Positions 63,000-64,000 of a stretch of DNA of 64,000 bases are shown one piece after another; positions within the stretch are counted from its first letter, which is position 1, and each line of letters opens with the position of its first letter. The stretch covers positions 6,377 through 70,376 of the forward strand of contig NW_019218122.1 in the NCBI RefSeq assembly GCF_002571385.2, in the 5' to 3' direction. The notes beneath the pieces are model-generated. The model was not told where the DNA came from. It made no database searches and saw only the letters and a list, made by a program, of their open reading frames with translations. This DNA comes from Stylophora pistillata. Taxonomy: Eukaryota. The translations under genes and the position numbers were made by a program.

Positions 63000-64000
63000 T
63001 CAAATCAAATAAAATTTCTGGTCTAAATTACACCATTTACTCTAGACTTTCCTGTGATTCTAAAAATGTGATTTACCTGGCTTCTTGCAAGAAATGTCGC
63101 CTGCAATATGTGGGATCTACTACTACCGACTTTACAGTTAGATTTCGAAATCACAAATCTGCTATGCTCGCAAACAAAACAACTTGTGAAGTAGCGATAT
63201 ACTTTAACAAAACCCTACACACCCCGGATGATTTTTTTGTTCCAGTGCATTGATCAGGTACAGGCCCCTAGAGGCTCTGTAGAGATTGATAGGCTTTTAA
63301 CCACAAAAGATGCTTATTGGAGTGCTCCGTTGTTCTCTTTGGCACCCCATGGTTTGAATAAAAGAAAGGAATTTCATTCAAAAAATAGAATTTGCTATAA
63401 TTAATTTTCCATCTTATATTAGGCGCTACTAATTGATCATTCAAAGGCTCTTTTCTTGGATTTTGTCGGCCCCGTAAGTGTAGATTAGAATCGAAGGCCC
63501 AACCAAGGGATCTTATTATGATTATAGTATCATTTAAGGGCCCCTCCAGGGATTTTGTTGTTAATTTGCCCTTTCGGGCTCCAAAGGCCTTGTTTTGGGA
63601 TTTTGTTATGGTTTACAGTTGTAGTTAAAATTGGGCCTCCCCTTTTTTAATGCTTGCTGCATTGCTTCTTTGCAATCAGTTACACCACTCATTCTAACAT
63701 ATTTAGTATTCTTGTCTCTTAGTTTTTAGGGTTTGTTTCTTGTATTTTGTCCATTGCTTTCTTTGTAATTAGGTTTTTTGTTATCTTTTTATGAGCACCA
63801 GTTCATTAGTCATGATCTATAATTACGTAATCATTAGCACTTCGATCTTATTTAAAATGCTCTTTTTTTATTTCAAAAGTTGTAAATAACGGAAGAAGGT
63901 CTCTGACCGAGATGTTTTCTTTTTTAAAATTTTTTACATTTTTGACATCAGAAGTTGTCCATCCTTGCAATTTTTAAACTTTCTACGTTCGTGTTTGCTG
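63000..64000 (+). mobile_element. Penelope-like element 3' portion (GIY-YIG endonuclease, frameshifted) in an SF3A3 intron
   Basis: SCDSKNVIYLASCKKCRLQYVGSTTTDFTVRFRNHKS...YWSAPLFSLAPHGLNKRKE. A degenerate hammerhead-like motif cggaagaaggtctctgaccgagatg lies at ~63890. Confidence 0.85.

Noticed and set aside
63885-63915. Active hammerhead ribozyme at the Penelope 3' end
   Set aside because: Both conserved boxes are mutated (CGGAAGA instead of CUGANGA, GAGA instead of GAAA).
1-64000. CRISPR arrays, operons or other prokaryotic systems
   Set aside because: The sequence is spliceosomal-intron-containing animal DNA, and no repeat-spacer arrays were seen.

Overview
Eukaryotic, intron-rich, AT-rich animal genomic DNA. 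The repeat families and gene content suggest a cnidarian, probably a stony coral (inference). There are two assembly gaps (1863-1873, 56552-56572). Genes reconstructed by hand from splice sites and protein motifs: (1) a 3-exon divergent TGF-beta-superfamily ligand (- strand, 2274-3719) whose only lesion is an in-frame TGA exactly at cystine-knot cysteine 2; (2) a complete 27-exon tomosyn/STXBP5 gene (+, 21615-46567) with a U12-type intron and a ~1 kb near-perfect inverted duplication around exon 12; (3) a frameshifted intronless class A GPCR pseudogene (-, 49647-50518); (4) a MAP7/ensconsin-family gene (-, 53379-59929), head-to-head with (5) the first four exons of SF3A3 (+, from 60359). The 4.1-20.4 kb interval has no gene I can identify. 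It is a decayed tandem array of a ~3.4 kb unit carrying stop-riddled coding-like relics and two copies of a signal-peptide small ORF. The rest is LINE, Penelope, SINE and MITE debris, including hammerhead-ribozyme cores. No databases or programs were run; all family calls come from motif recognition.
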